Assembly (NCBI GenBank): GCA_043771825.1
Contig: JAYVGV010000037.1
Coordinates: forward strand, 14,130 to 78,129
Source: Candidatus Altimarinota bacterium
GTDB taxonomy: Bacteria; Patescibacteriota; Gracilibacteria; BD1-5; UBA2023
DNA length: 64,000 nt
Direction of reading: 5' to 3'
Shown here: one piece after another, positions 12,087 through 22,518 of the stretch
How positions within the stretch are numbered: position 1 is the stretch's first letter
How the letters are laid out: each line of letters starts with the position of its first letter
Program-made: the position numbers and the translations under genes
Notes under the pieces: generated by a model
What the model was told of the DNA's origin: nothing
Databases searched by the model: none
Seen by the model: only the letters and a program-made list of their open reading frames with translations

Positions 12087-12527
12087 TTAGTTTATGGCAG
12101 TGAGGACAACCCAAATAAACCAAGGGGCAATCCATATAAAAATAATTCAGGTAATCACATAAATAATTGTTTGGCGCGCTTTTTTAATCTTTTCTTCATC
12201 ACCTCATCAAGTCATAATCTGTACTCACGCATAAATAATATAGACGACAGCTACAAGTGTGACAAAGCCAAGAAAGTATAATACAGTATCAGTAACATAC
12301 ACGGCTATAGTTTTCTTAGTAAACGTATCTCCAACAGCATTTGAAGTTGCGAGAAGTCCTCAAGAAAGTGTGCAACTACCATTTTGACAATATTCAATCT
12401 GTCCAGGAGTAGGACAGCCAAATCAGAGTGTCCATCATCCACAAGCGGCATAAATAGAGTCCGTAAGGCTTATAAGAGAGAGAGAAGAGACTATGGCTAT
12501 GAGAAGAGAAGAGTATATTTTTTTCAT
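12087..12527 (-). CDS. TrbC/VirB2-like (T4SS-pilin family) small membrane protein
   Basis: ATG 12527 to TAA 12087-12089 (146 aa, seven in-frame TGAs). Signal peptide MKKIYSSLLIAIVSSLSLISLTDSIYA, a Cys-rich loop, then two TM helices flanking VAVVYIIYAGVQIMTGGGDEEKIKKARQTIIYVITGIIFI. That is the hallmark layout of TrbC/VirB2-type pilins common in CPR genomes. Confidence 0.65.
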
Positions 12528-12588
12528 ATAGCTTGAGTATAGCATATCCAAAAAGAATATGCAAATATTGTACAATATCGCTTAATCA

Positions 12589-14001
12589 TTATTCATTTAT
12601 GCATAATTCACTTAAAACTCCTGATAAAGTACTTTCAAGTTCACATACAACATTTTTCCCAATTACTTTAGTTAAGTTATTAATATCTATTTTTTCATTT
12701 CTGTCAATTAATTCTCGAAATATTTTTTCATATTCTCACTTGATTCAATATTGAAATACGAATATATCTTCTTGGAGATCTGGAATGAAAGCATCAAGGC
12801 GAGTCCGGGCAAATACCTGAGATAATACTGTCTCTTTCTGTCCTTCAGATCATGAACGAAGAGGAGATATCAGAAAAGGGAAGGCTTCTTGTGCTTTTGC
12901 TCAGGCAGTTTCACTCATCAAGTACGATAGGAGGTCTGCTGCTGCATCGAGATTTTGAGATTTCTTCGAGAGTGCAAGATAGCGATATCGAGCGATATTG
13001 ACTCTCTTTTTTCAGAGAGAGTCTTGGGGAAGCTTTTCAGTGAGTATGATATCATCGAGGACTTCTTTTCATCCGCGTTTCTCTGATTTCTCTATCTCAC
13101 GTATAAGACTCGGGAAGCCTATGATTATAGCGATCCGTCCTCTGATAAAAAGGTCGATAGTCGTCAGAGATCCCTCATTCATCTCTTTGTGAATATCAAG
13201 AGTGTTTTGAAAAGGAGATGCTTCGCTCTCTCATTGGAGGCCATCTGATAGTGGCATTGCTTCTGAGGGTCTTATTCCATAGGCAAGATATTCAGCCATC
13301 CCAGCATCGCCACCTCCTATCTCTTTATTCGAGCGTACGATGCCACCTTTTCCCATGAAATAAGCGATAATATCGGTCGCATATGGAGTATAGAGCGGAC
13401 TAAAACCGAGATTTGTAGCAAGTACAGAGGGCTTATCGCTTGATAGTGTGAGCGTCTCTACTTCAGGCCATGTCTTTGGTACAGAACGCAGAAGGGATTT
13501 GTGATAAAATAATCCAAGGGTCTCATATCCGAGAGGTACACCCAGGAGAGAGCGTACTGTCTCTTTTCCTGTCCCTTCAGACTGGATAAGTGGAAGAAAT
13601 ATATCTTCATACTTTTTATCAAAATTTGAGAGATCTACTATTGATCCTGGAAGAGGAAATACTTTGGATTCGAGTATAGAGTCACCCCCTCATTCCACTA
13701 TGAATATATCTGGTCCAGTTCCTTCAGAGAGAGTAGAGAGGAGACTTCGTTGGTACTTGTCGTAGTCAGGAAATACACGTACATCGATAGTAGTATCTTT
13801 ATAGGTTTTATTGAGTACAGAGAACTCTGAAAAAAGAGTTTGATATTGCTCGGAGGTATCTCAGACGACCCATACTGATATGCTCTTTACTTCTGTGTTT
13901 TCTCGTGCTTTTCGAGATTGTGAGAGATTCCATATTCCATATATAAGGAGGATTCATAGTATGCCTATGATGACAAGAAAGATAATTTTACGAGGAGACA
14001 T
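12589..14001 (-). CDS. extracellular solute-binding protein (ABC-transporter family 1 type), orphan
   Basis: ATG 14001 to TAA 12589-12591 (470 aa) with about 13 in-frame TGAs and no TAA/TAG. N-terminal TM, then VWVVGDTSEQYQTLFSEF...IDVRVFPDYDKYQRSLLSTLSEGTGPDIFIVEGGG, typical of sugar-type substrate-binding proteins. No permease or ATPase gene is adjacent. Confidence 0.7.
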
Positions 14002-14130
14002 ATATGATGGTATTATAAGATAGATTTATGGTGAATATTTCTTCTCAGAAAATATCGATACATTCAGAGAATACTCTCGAATTTGTTTATATACTGTATA
14101 TATATTTTCCATAAAATCTAGTTTTCTCTT

Positions 14131-15612
14131 TTATTTTTTTACTGCTACGAGCATCTGTATAAGCATTCCTCGTGATACGAGAGTCTTCGGGTAGAATCTT
14201 CCACCGTGAGCTCGTATCAGAAAACCATAATCCTGTACGGATTGGTAGAGAGGATTCATCGTATCTACATCAGCATAAATTTTTATCTGAGAAGGATTTT
14301 TTTCTGCAGCTGCCACTTTTTTTATGAGGTTTGCTACCTCTTCCCTTGTCATGATATGCTCTGGATAGGCATAGTTTCATTCGATGATTCCTCGACGGTA
14401 TGCCACGAGGGCATATCCCTGAAGATCATCTCCTATAGCAATATCGAGAAAATGACTTGTTCCCGTAGAGGGTGATATATCAAAATAATGCATCGTATTG
14501 ATAAGAGCTTCTCTATAGGTGATAATATCTTTTGTTCAAAATACAGATCGTTCGTGGAAGAGGCATTTTTTGTCTACTAAGGGGTAGAGTATAGCTCCAA
14601 AACTACTCTTTTCGCTTACATCGGGGAAGCGTTTTCCTATGCATTCACCCTCTTTAGTTATATATGAGGCAATAACTTTGGTAGGTGCTGCGGGGAGACT
14701 CGTAGATATTATCGATTTTGTGATAGGCGCTCTAGGAGATACTATCTGTATCTCTGGAGTTCGACTTGCGTCGATACCACTCATATACATATTGATAAAC
14801 ATCATAGGATTTATGGTATATTTCGTAGCTTTGTCTTTATTGAGCCCTATATTTATCGCATCATAAAATCCTACACCAGCTGATTTTGATTCGGAAGAGG
14901 TAAAATGCCAATACGGATGGAATGGTGCATCTGCAGTGTCAATCTGTAGATGGAGATGAGGAGTCGTAGTTATCCCTGATATACCTACACGACCGATCAT
15001 ATCTCACTTTTTTATCTTATCTCACTCTTTTACAAGAATTTCTGAGAGATGAAGGTATCATGAGTAGAGTTTTGTGACTCATCTTTCTGTTGGGACTCAA
15101 TCATGACGTATGACGATGTACTTATTTCCTGTGATATCTCATTCTGTAGTTCGTACGATCACGCCATTGGCAATAGCAAGTATAGGAGTTCCTATAGGAG
15201 CACGTATATCGACTCCGGGGTGTCATCCTACATTTTCACGGTAGTCTAGCTTGTAGTTCCCCATATAAGGAGTCGTATAGGTATAGCGTATGATAGTCGT
15301 AGATTTACTTGTATTTTTCTCATCGAGTAGAGCTATGGGGTCATAGAGTGGTATTGGGAGGAATTTACTGATATTAATATCTTCGAATCGTTTTGATTTA
15401 TCTTGATTCGCCACATCAGTCCAATCGGGTATATAGGCTATAGGAAGAGTCGTTCCATCAAAAGGATCAGAAATAATTTTGCTATAATTATCATCTACAG
15501 CATTCATATAGGGTACCCATATTTGGCGTACTGCTATAACACAGACAAGAGTGCAATTGAGTAACCAAAGGTATACGAGATAGCGCGAGAGTGAGCGAAT
15601 AAATGGATTCAT
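14131..15612 (-). CDS. M23 (LytM-type) peptidoglycan endopeptidase with three SLH-like C-terminal repeats
   Basis: Track ORFs 15223..15669, 14536..15000 and 14131..14352 are in one frame joined by TGAs. Motifs: HPGVDIRAPIGTPILAIANGVIV, VKEGDKIKKGDMIGRVGISGITTTPHLHLQID. C-terminal repeats resemble S-layer-homology units: FPDVSEKSSFGAILYPLV, FLDIAIGDDLQGYALVAYRRGIIEG, YADVDTMNPLYQSVQDYGFLI. Start taken at ATG 15612 (MNPFIRSLSRYLVYLWLL, TM). Confidence 0.85.
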
Positions 15613-15673
15613 GAGAATATGTATTTTTGTATTTTTTATTAGTGTATCATACTTTTTTGCTTCTTGCAAATAA

Positions 15674-15700
15674 TAAAAATCTCGGAATATTATCCGAGAG
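15674..15700 (-). terminator. rho-independent terminator after the pilin-like gene
   Basis: Reverse strand reads TCTCGGA-TAATAT-TCCGAGA followed by TTTTT, 23 nt after the TAG at 15723. Confidence 0.5.
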
Positions 15701-15722
15701 AGACTATCGAGAAGAATATATG

Positions 15723-16382
15723 CTAGAAATTTGACTTCCAGTTCGTCAGAGTACTATCGAGTATCACACTCTGTGCTCGACCATCTACCCATCGTACGAT
15801 ACTTCGTACCATTAAGATACCAGTCTGAGTACTTGGAGGAGGAATATCGATGAGAAGTTCACGAGTAAATATTGTTTTACAGCTTTTTTGTACAAAAGAA
15901 GTACACTGGGGTATCATCGTACCACTTTGACTATAAAAGCCGTTATTATCGAGATTGACTTGGTACATACTTTTATACGATACCCATACGAGTGGTGACA
16001 AAGTGGCTGCACCAGAGAGGAACCATGCCCCATTCTCCGCATAAAGTATGTATGATCCAGTCGAGATATATCATGGATTCGCTGGATAGGGACTCAGAGG
16101 ATTTCCTATACAAGAAGAAGAATAATCTTTCACTTTCCAGCAATTGATCTTATCACTCGAAAATCTGAGCCAGTTAGTATCCCGTATATTCGTCATACCC
16201 TCTACTCCTTCGCGAGCTATGTTTATCGCTTTTATCTTATTCTCAGTGTCTCGGGTATAGTTTATCCCTCAGCCTATCGTTTGAAGGAGTGCAGTGATAC
16301 CAAGACCAAGTATAGCAAGCACCACCATCAATTCTACGATAGTTACTCATTTTTTATTTCCGAGAATTGTGCCTATTCTCAT
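15723..16382 (-). CDS. type IV pilin-like protein (prepilin N-terminal cleavage/methylation domain)
   Basis: ATG 16382 to TAG 15723-15725 (219 aa). N-terminus MRIGTILGNKK[TGA]VTIVELMVVLAILGLGITALL is a class III signal peptide. The invariant -1 Gly is encoded by TGA at 16347-16349. Confidence 0.8.
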
Positions 16383-17761
16383 GAGAGAGTGGGAGTACCT
16401 CATTCTTTTATTATAGTAAAGAGTTGCGTAGAGAGAAGTGTGTCATTCGCTGCGTAGAATTTTATCTCATAGAGATTAAATCCTTCTTTCATAGTTCCGT
16501 AAGAGGTATTGGCATAGTAGTACCAAGCCGAACTATTCGAAGCAAATTTCTTTAATCTGAAGTTATTTACAGTGATATACTCTACAGTGTTTTTTGGTAC
16601 AGATCAGGATACAGTGATGGAGTTTAGGTTTGTCTTATAGGGATTTTCTGCTGGATTGAGTATTCGAAATATTTTATCTGATGCGGGGAAGGTCGTCGGT
16701 ATGAGTGTGTCTGTACCTTGCCTCTTCGCTTCAGAGTAGAGCGTGAGTACTCCTCTTTCGAGAAGGTTCCCTCACTCATTATAGGCTTTATATACAATGT
16801 CGAGAGTATCACTCACTATAGGCATGCCACCAAGGGAAAATGACTGGGTCTGCTTATTTATAAGGACTTCTCGATCATTGATCATCACACGAGAAACAAG
16901 GGGGTTTATTATTTTTCATTCTACTTTAAGAGAATTTCCAGATATTACAGCTCCATCTATAGGACTTGTGATAGTGATAGATTTCCCTCATGTACCATTT
17001 ATCTGAGTTATCATCTGATTTGTTCCAGAAGAGGAGATAGTAGTTCCTGTTTGATTTTTTATGACATATTGATTGAGGATTTCCTGACCATTACGAGAAA
17101 TAAAGAAGGGATTTTGCTTAATACTATCATCTATAGTGTCACTCAAGCTAGCAAGTGATGTGCCCGGGCTTATGAGATCAGATTGAGAGACCTTGATTCC
17201 TTTTCCAGCTTCGAGTATATAGTCTCTCGAGCCACTTGCACGGACTTCTATGTTTCACTTTAGGACGTATACTATACTGTATATTCTTTGTTGCTCGACG
17301 AGTATGATAGATCATTCTTTGGGGCTGAGATCGATATGTTTGAGTTTTATCAGTGAGTCTTGTCCTCCTTCTATCCAGCTGCGTCACTGCATGATAATCA
17401 GAGATCCTCCTGATCAATTGGTAGTTTCGTATGATATTTCTGCTCATTTATCTGCCCAAACATCGAGCTTATTTCCAGTGATATGTGCATTTCATGAGAG
17501 TATAGATATAAGACTATCAGATGAAGAAAATGTATCTTCTACGACGACATCACGCTTCTTTCCATTTATAGTTGTGATTATTATTTTTCCTGATCCCGAT
17601 ACAGAGAGTCAATTGAGACGGTTTTCATTTGTCTGAGTGCTTCCGATGAAGTACTGTACTATGAATATAGCAATAAGAAGAGACCCTCATAGGAGAGTCC
17701 AATTCAGGAGAGATTTGTTATTGCGAGATGGAGAACGTCCAGGGGATGAGGCGTAGCGCAT
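16373..17761 (-). CDS. hypothetical membrane-anchored protein with Ig-like beta domains (462 aa)
   Basis: ATG 17761 to TAG 16373-16375, about 20 in-frame TGAs. TM helix SLLIAIFIVQYFIG, beta-rich repeats such as KSITITSPIDGAVISGNSLKVEGKIINPLVSRVMINDREV. The stop overlaps the pilin ATG by 10 nt. Track ORFs 17178..17447 and 16624..16812 are off-frame artefacts. Confidence 0.65.
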
Positions 17762-17780
17762 AGCAAGATGAAGTGGATTA

Positions 17781-18308
17781 TTATTGTTTTGGAACAACTG
17801 ATTCAATGACGGCATACGTAGCATCTTTTCATTCTGGTATGCGTATACTCACTGTATCTCCTACGTCACAGTGATGAAATGTGACAGCTGCAAGAAGGAC
17901 ATTATAGGTCTTAGAATCGGTAGTGATCGAGTATTTCTCGCCATTTTTTGTGACGATACCGACTTTACTTTCATAGGGGATTTCTCCAATTATTTTATAG
18001 AGTATTTTTCCATTAGATTGGACTATTGCTTTGAGCTTACTTCCTTGTACGAGAAGAGACTTCGATGAGTAATTTTGAGGTACTGGGTATATATTCCCAT
18101 CGGATCCGAGCATAGAATCACCCGTAAAGACTCATTCTACTATTTTGTCATCTCATTGCTTATAGGAGGAAAGACCATCAGTAGAAAGGTCCAGATTACT
18201 CTCTCCATCTTCTCCAAGGATTCAGTTGAGTATTTTTTTAGCAGAAGAAATAGAGTTCTGTGCTGAATGTATAAGATCACGGAGTGCTTTTATTTTTTGT
18301 TCGTCCAT
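17781..18308 (-). CDS. conserved hypothetical protein (175 aa)
   Basis: Track ORFs 18222..18407 and 17829..18113 share a frame and are linked by TGAs. ATG 18308 (MDEQKIKALRDLIHSAQNSISSAKKILNG...), TAA 17781-17783. C-terminal beta-barrel-like part YPVPQNYSSKSLLVQGSKLKAIV...VGDTVSIRIPEG. No family recognised. Confidence 0.6.
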
Positions 18309-18466
18309 ATGAGGATGAGAATTAGGGTATAGGTATTGGGGATCAGAGGATATATTCCTCTTTTCTGAGTATAGTCTTCTTTTTCTATCTGTCGAGGAGA
18401 AAAACAAGAGAGAAAGAAAAAGAAATTGACAAGATTTATAAAAACAGTATTAAGCTACTATTCTTG

Positions 18467-19438
18467 TTAAGAAATGAGTATACGAGCTATGAAGTCAAGT
18501 ATATTTTTATGATAAAAAATCGCTATAATCCATCCAATTCCTAGAAATGGTCCAAAGGGAATTTGGTTTTGTAGGAGGGGAGACCTTTGTTTAAAAAGAA
18601 GGAACAGTACCCCAAATATACTGCCTATTATATAAGCAAAAGCAAAGCTCGCTATCGCATGGATTGTCCCGAGAGTCAATCATGCGAAGAGTGCAATACG
18701 CAGATCGCCTCACCCTATCCATGTGGGTATCTCCTCTGAGTCAGATATGTCTTGTTTTTCTCTCAAAAAGAAAAGGAGCGTGATAGGAAATATAAAATAA
18801 GAGGCCACGAGCTCGAAGAGATCACGGAATTTTTGCTTTCGTATGAGATACCAGCCACCAGGAAGTATGATCTGAAGATAGAAGAAAGTATAGAGTATCC
18901 ATGCTGCGAGAAGGTGATCCAATACAAAATCTGCTCCACTTCCTATATAGGTAGAGCGATCAAAAAATAGAGCTTCCAGAGGACTATAGAAGATACTTCC
19001 TACAAGAAGAGCAAGATAGGCATATATAGCTGGTACGATAATCTGATCTGGTATCTCCATATAGCGAAGATCATAGAGGATATAGACTCATGTCACGAAC
19101 CCTGCAATAAGCATAAGGATATGGGTAGGAGAGAATAGCGTTCCTCCATCTTTGATATATCCATAGGATAGGAGTGTGAATATCAGCGCCATCAGTATTT
19201 CCGCAAGAGGATAGAAAAAGGGAATATGCGTAGAACAATGTTTACATTTTCATCTCTGAAATATATAAGAAAAAAGTGGTATGAGTTCAGAAGCTCAGAG
19301 GAGATGCTGACATTTGGGACATTCACTCCGACCCATGAGTATACCTCATTTACCACTGTGCCATCTATCGACGAGTACCGTAGAGAGACTCCCGAAGAGA
19401 AGTCCCAAAATGAGTGTAAATATAAGGAGAAGTATCAT
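18467..19438 (-). CDS. pilD: prepilin peptidase (A24 family)
   Basis: ATG 19438 to TAA 18467-18469. Track ORFs 18710..19060 and 18467..18679 are in the same frame. N-terminal Cys motif GRSECPKCQHLLGASELIPLFSYIFQRGKCKHCSTHI. C-terminal IPFGPFLGIGWIIAIF. Multiple TM helices. Confidence 0.9.
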
Positions 19439-19440
19439 AA

Positions 19441-20019
19441 TTAGTTACGGTAACTGTAAGTATGGCGAGCATCGAGGATACTGGATCGTACGATAGTATA
19501 ATCTGCAAAAGGGAGAGCTACTTCTCATAACATACTTTTCATACTTCAAGAAAGAGTCGATCTATAGAACTCCGAAAGAATCGTGTTTTTAGTATAGTGA
19601 CAACTATCGAGATATCCGAGATTTTTCATCAGCCGTGCTTGCATATAAGTTATTGAACATACTTTTCATACTAAGCCATCTATAGCATTTATAAAATAAA
19701 ATATATCTCTATAAATACTTCAATGCTCTACTCCATCAGGAAGTGCGGTGTAAAGTATCTGAAATAGATAGAGATATTCAGTAATCTCCTCGTAAGACCA
19801 GCCAGAGACAGAAGGTATACGGAGTATATCTATCTTTTTGAGTTGATTCTGTCAGCGAGTCCGCTCTATCAGAGCTTCCACAGTACTTCCTATATCTCCA
19901 CCTTGATGTCACTTCTCCCAGACAGTTATCTTTCAAAAATCTTGTGAAAAAAGTACAGTACGGATCTGATTATCGCGTATAATTTGTCGATAGAGGATGA
20001 TTGCTTGAACTCTGTACAC
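19441..20019 (-). CDS. possible hypothetical protein (open frame, GTG start)
   Basis: In a region the track shows as empty, one reverse frame has no TAA/TAG for about 190 codons, from just after the upstream TAA (20026) to TAA 19441-19443, 2 nt before pilD. Only a GTG (20019) or a later GTG is available as start. The peptide includes VEALIERTRGQNQLKKIDILRIPSVSGWSYEEITEYL. Coding status uncertain. Confidence 0.3.
19529..19672. repeat. two copies of a 17-nt direct repeat AACATACTTTTCATACT
   Basis: Exact copies at 19529-19545 and 19656-19672. They fall in different phases of the candidate reverse-strand ORF. Confidence 0.8.
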
Positions 20020-20025
20020 AGTATA

Positions 20026-21891
20026 TTATTGTCGGAGAAGTATATTATTGTCGATGAACTCAAATATCACATCATAGACCGCCTTGGTGGTAAGTACGTA
20101 TATAAGACCATCTCTGGCTACAGCTATATCTCTTATTTCATCAGGAGTAGAGAGTTCTATCTGGGCTACGTAAGTCCATGATTTTATATCTTGGAATCTC
20201 TTTGCATCGGGGAGGAAGACCCATACCCGATTGCCATCGAGTACATATACATAATTAAGTTCTGGACGCACTATAATCTTCGTGGAATCAGTATTCTTTC
20301 CTATGGTGTATTCTCCGGGTATTTTATTGATGAGTATTCATGTTTGGGTACTTGTCGATGAGAGAAGTCGGATGATTTTTTGATCACTTTTGATTATATA
20401 GAAGCCCCCATCTATACCTATATCTATGATTTCTGGAGTAGGATTGCTCAGTACTGGAGATTGGGCAGAAAAACCATTCAATCCAGGTTTATGTTTATAG
20501 ATTTGCCCTTCTTTTTTATTCCACAGATAGATATTTCCATTAAATGTATTGATACCATCAGCCTGTTCCCATCATTCTTGCCCCGTGACATTGATATAGG
20601 ATATATCAGCATTCTTTCTCGAAGCTATGATTCGATTAGACTCTGTAAGGATATAGAAATTCCCATCTTCGAGTATGCTGTAGTCTCGAGCTACTTCACC
20701 TGAGGGATACGATTTTATCTTGGTAGTAGTATCACCTATAGCATAGTCAGTAATAGCTCACCGCGCTCAGATAATAAGGAGTTTTTTTTCACGTTCATAT
20801 ATTCCTACAGGGGGATTTTTTTCTGGATCAAGTGGGACCAGAGATATCTTATTGCTCAGGTCGACAGATTGTATGTCATATATTTCTCTTTTCATCGCTT
20901 CTATTTTGTTTCTGAGTTCTTGGACATCTTTTGTATAGAGTTGTTTGTTATCGAGGTCTGTGAGTATTTTTTCTGCATATTTGATGCTTGCATCGAATGC
21001 TGTAGGATTGGATGTCATTTTCTGACTTGATTCTATGAGAGTATTCGCCTCTATGATTTGGTTTTTAGCATCTTTTGTTTGGGAGCTTGTGATACTGAAA
21101 AGCGCACTGACTAAGTATGATATAAGTCAAAAAAATATGAATACTCAAATAATGAAAAATAGAGTAATAAATATGCTTTGTTTTTCTTGAAAAAATCCAA
21201 GAGAAGACTCCCGTAAATCACGAAATCTGCTATGGTGAAATATTTTTTCGATAATGTGTTTTATTTTTTCTCAAATATGACTGACTTTCTCATTTCTGAG
21301 GAGACTTCCTGCCTTTCGAATAGGTGTGGACTGATATCTCCGTATACGGATTATGTGGACGGATTCTGCTACTTCTCGTGCGAATACTTCTTTCGTTGTT
21401 TCGGTAAAAATACTACTCTCAGTCGAAGCACAATCACTATAAAAACTATCTCACAATATACCCTCGAGACACTTCGACACTATAAAAACACTACTATTGA
21501 CTGGAATATTGCCACTCGATATAAGCTCGAATCTATGATGTCCACGTGTATCTTCATGTATATTTGCAGGAAGTGCATCATGCTCTTGCAGGATCACTTC
21601 TGATTCACCGATACTTGATACCATAAGGTGTCCATCTCGCTCTATAGCGAGGATGATACACACTGTTTCCTCATCGCTTGTTGCGAGATTTCAGAGAAAG
21701 TGATTGTACTTCTCGGTGACATATGAGAAATCTGCATCTTCCTCACCGTGCTTCCATCATGTTGAGGATATCGTCTCAAGAAGATGGTCTTCTACTACAC
21801 TTGTGACGCTCTCTCGTTTCGATGCGACGATACAAATGATGGTGATATCAGACTGAGGGTGGAGTACGTGTGACCGTATCGATGCATTCAT
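20026..21891 (-). CDS. membrane protein: PP2C-like (possibly degenerate) cytoplasmic domain, TM, extracellular beta-propeller-like repeats
   Basis: Track ORFs 21757..21939, 21451..21663, 20767..21018 and 20026..20271 are in one frame with only TGAs between them. Bounded by TAG 21982 upstream and TAA 20026-20028. ATG 21891 (GTG 21939 also possible). N-terminal VCIILAIERDGHLMVSSIGESEVIL ... SSVFIVSKCLEGILGDSF resembles PP2C/SpoIIE motifs but lacks the usual Asp residues. TM helix FITLFFIIIGVFIFFGLISYLVSALF. C-terminus has repeated YxL/IYV strands. Confidence 0.65.
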
Positions 21892-21981
21892 ATCTGGATG
21901 CTGATAACGTATGATGTCCGTCGTTATGAGAGATGCCACGGAGTATAGTGTAGAGCGAGAAATAAAAGAATTCCTATTTTC

Positions 21982-22419
21982 CTATATTGAATCCAGCATA
22001 TTGATCATCGTTCCAGCTTCCTCTTTTGAAGTATCGCTTTTTTCCTTTTCTTGTACTTTATCACGAGCTTTTTGTGATTGGAGAGACTGCCACTGGATGA
22101 GATGTTTTTCATTGAGAGTTTTGATCTCTTCTTGATATTTCATATTGAGCTCTTCAAGTTGGCGACGCTCAGTCATAAGTATATTGAAGAGACGATCGAT
22201 CTGCTCATCCGTCATAGAGGGAAGTATATCGAACCAATATTGCTTCTCATTATTATCTATGGATTCACTTTGGAGTACGAGACTGATAAGTTCAGGATAT
22301 TTCACCTGTATTTCATCTAAGATGGTGAACGTGAAGTCATTTTGAGTTATCTGAGTCATAAGAAAAGAGTACGTAATAAGGATGATATTAAGATAATCTA
22401 AATTGTATAGATCTTTCAT
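21982..22419 (-). CDS. hypothetical coiled-coil protein
   Basis: Track ORF 21982..22434 ends in TAG. First ATG at 22419 (MKDLY...); ATG 22359 (MTQITQNDF) is an alternative. C-terminal half is charged and coiled-coil (ERRQLEELNMKYQEEIKTLNEKH). Confidence 0.5.
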   Translation of the reverse strand: MKDLYNLDYLNIILITYSFLMTQITQNDFTFTILDEIQVKYPELISLVLQSESIDNNEKQYWFDILPSMTDEQIDRLFNILMTERRQLEELNMKYQEEIKTLNEKHLIQWQSLQSQKARDKVQEKEKSDTSKEEAGTMINMLDSI

Positions 22420-22518
22420 TTTTATGCAAATCAAAGATCAAGAGAATAGTCTTGCCAAAGAGTGAAAATTTATATTCTCACTATTTCTTTCTATATGCAA
22501 GGGCTTTTCTCTCTAAAA

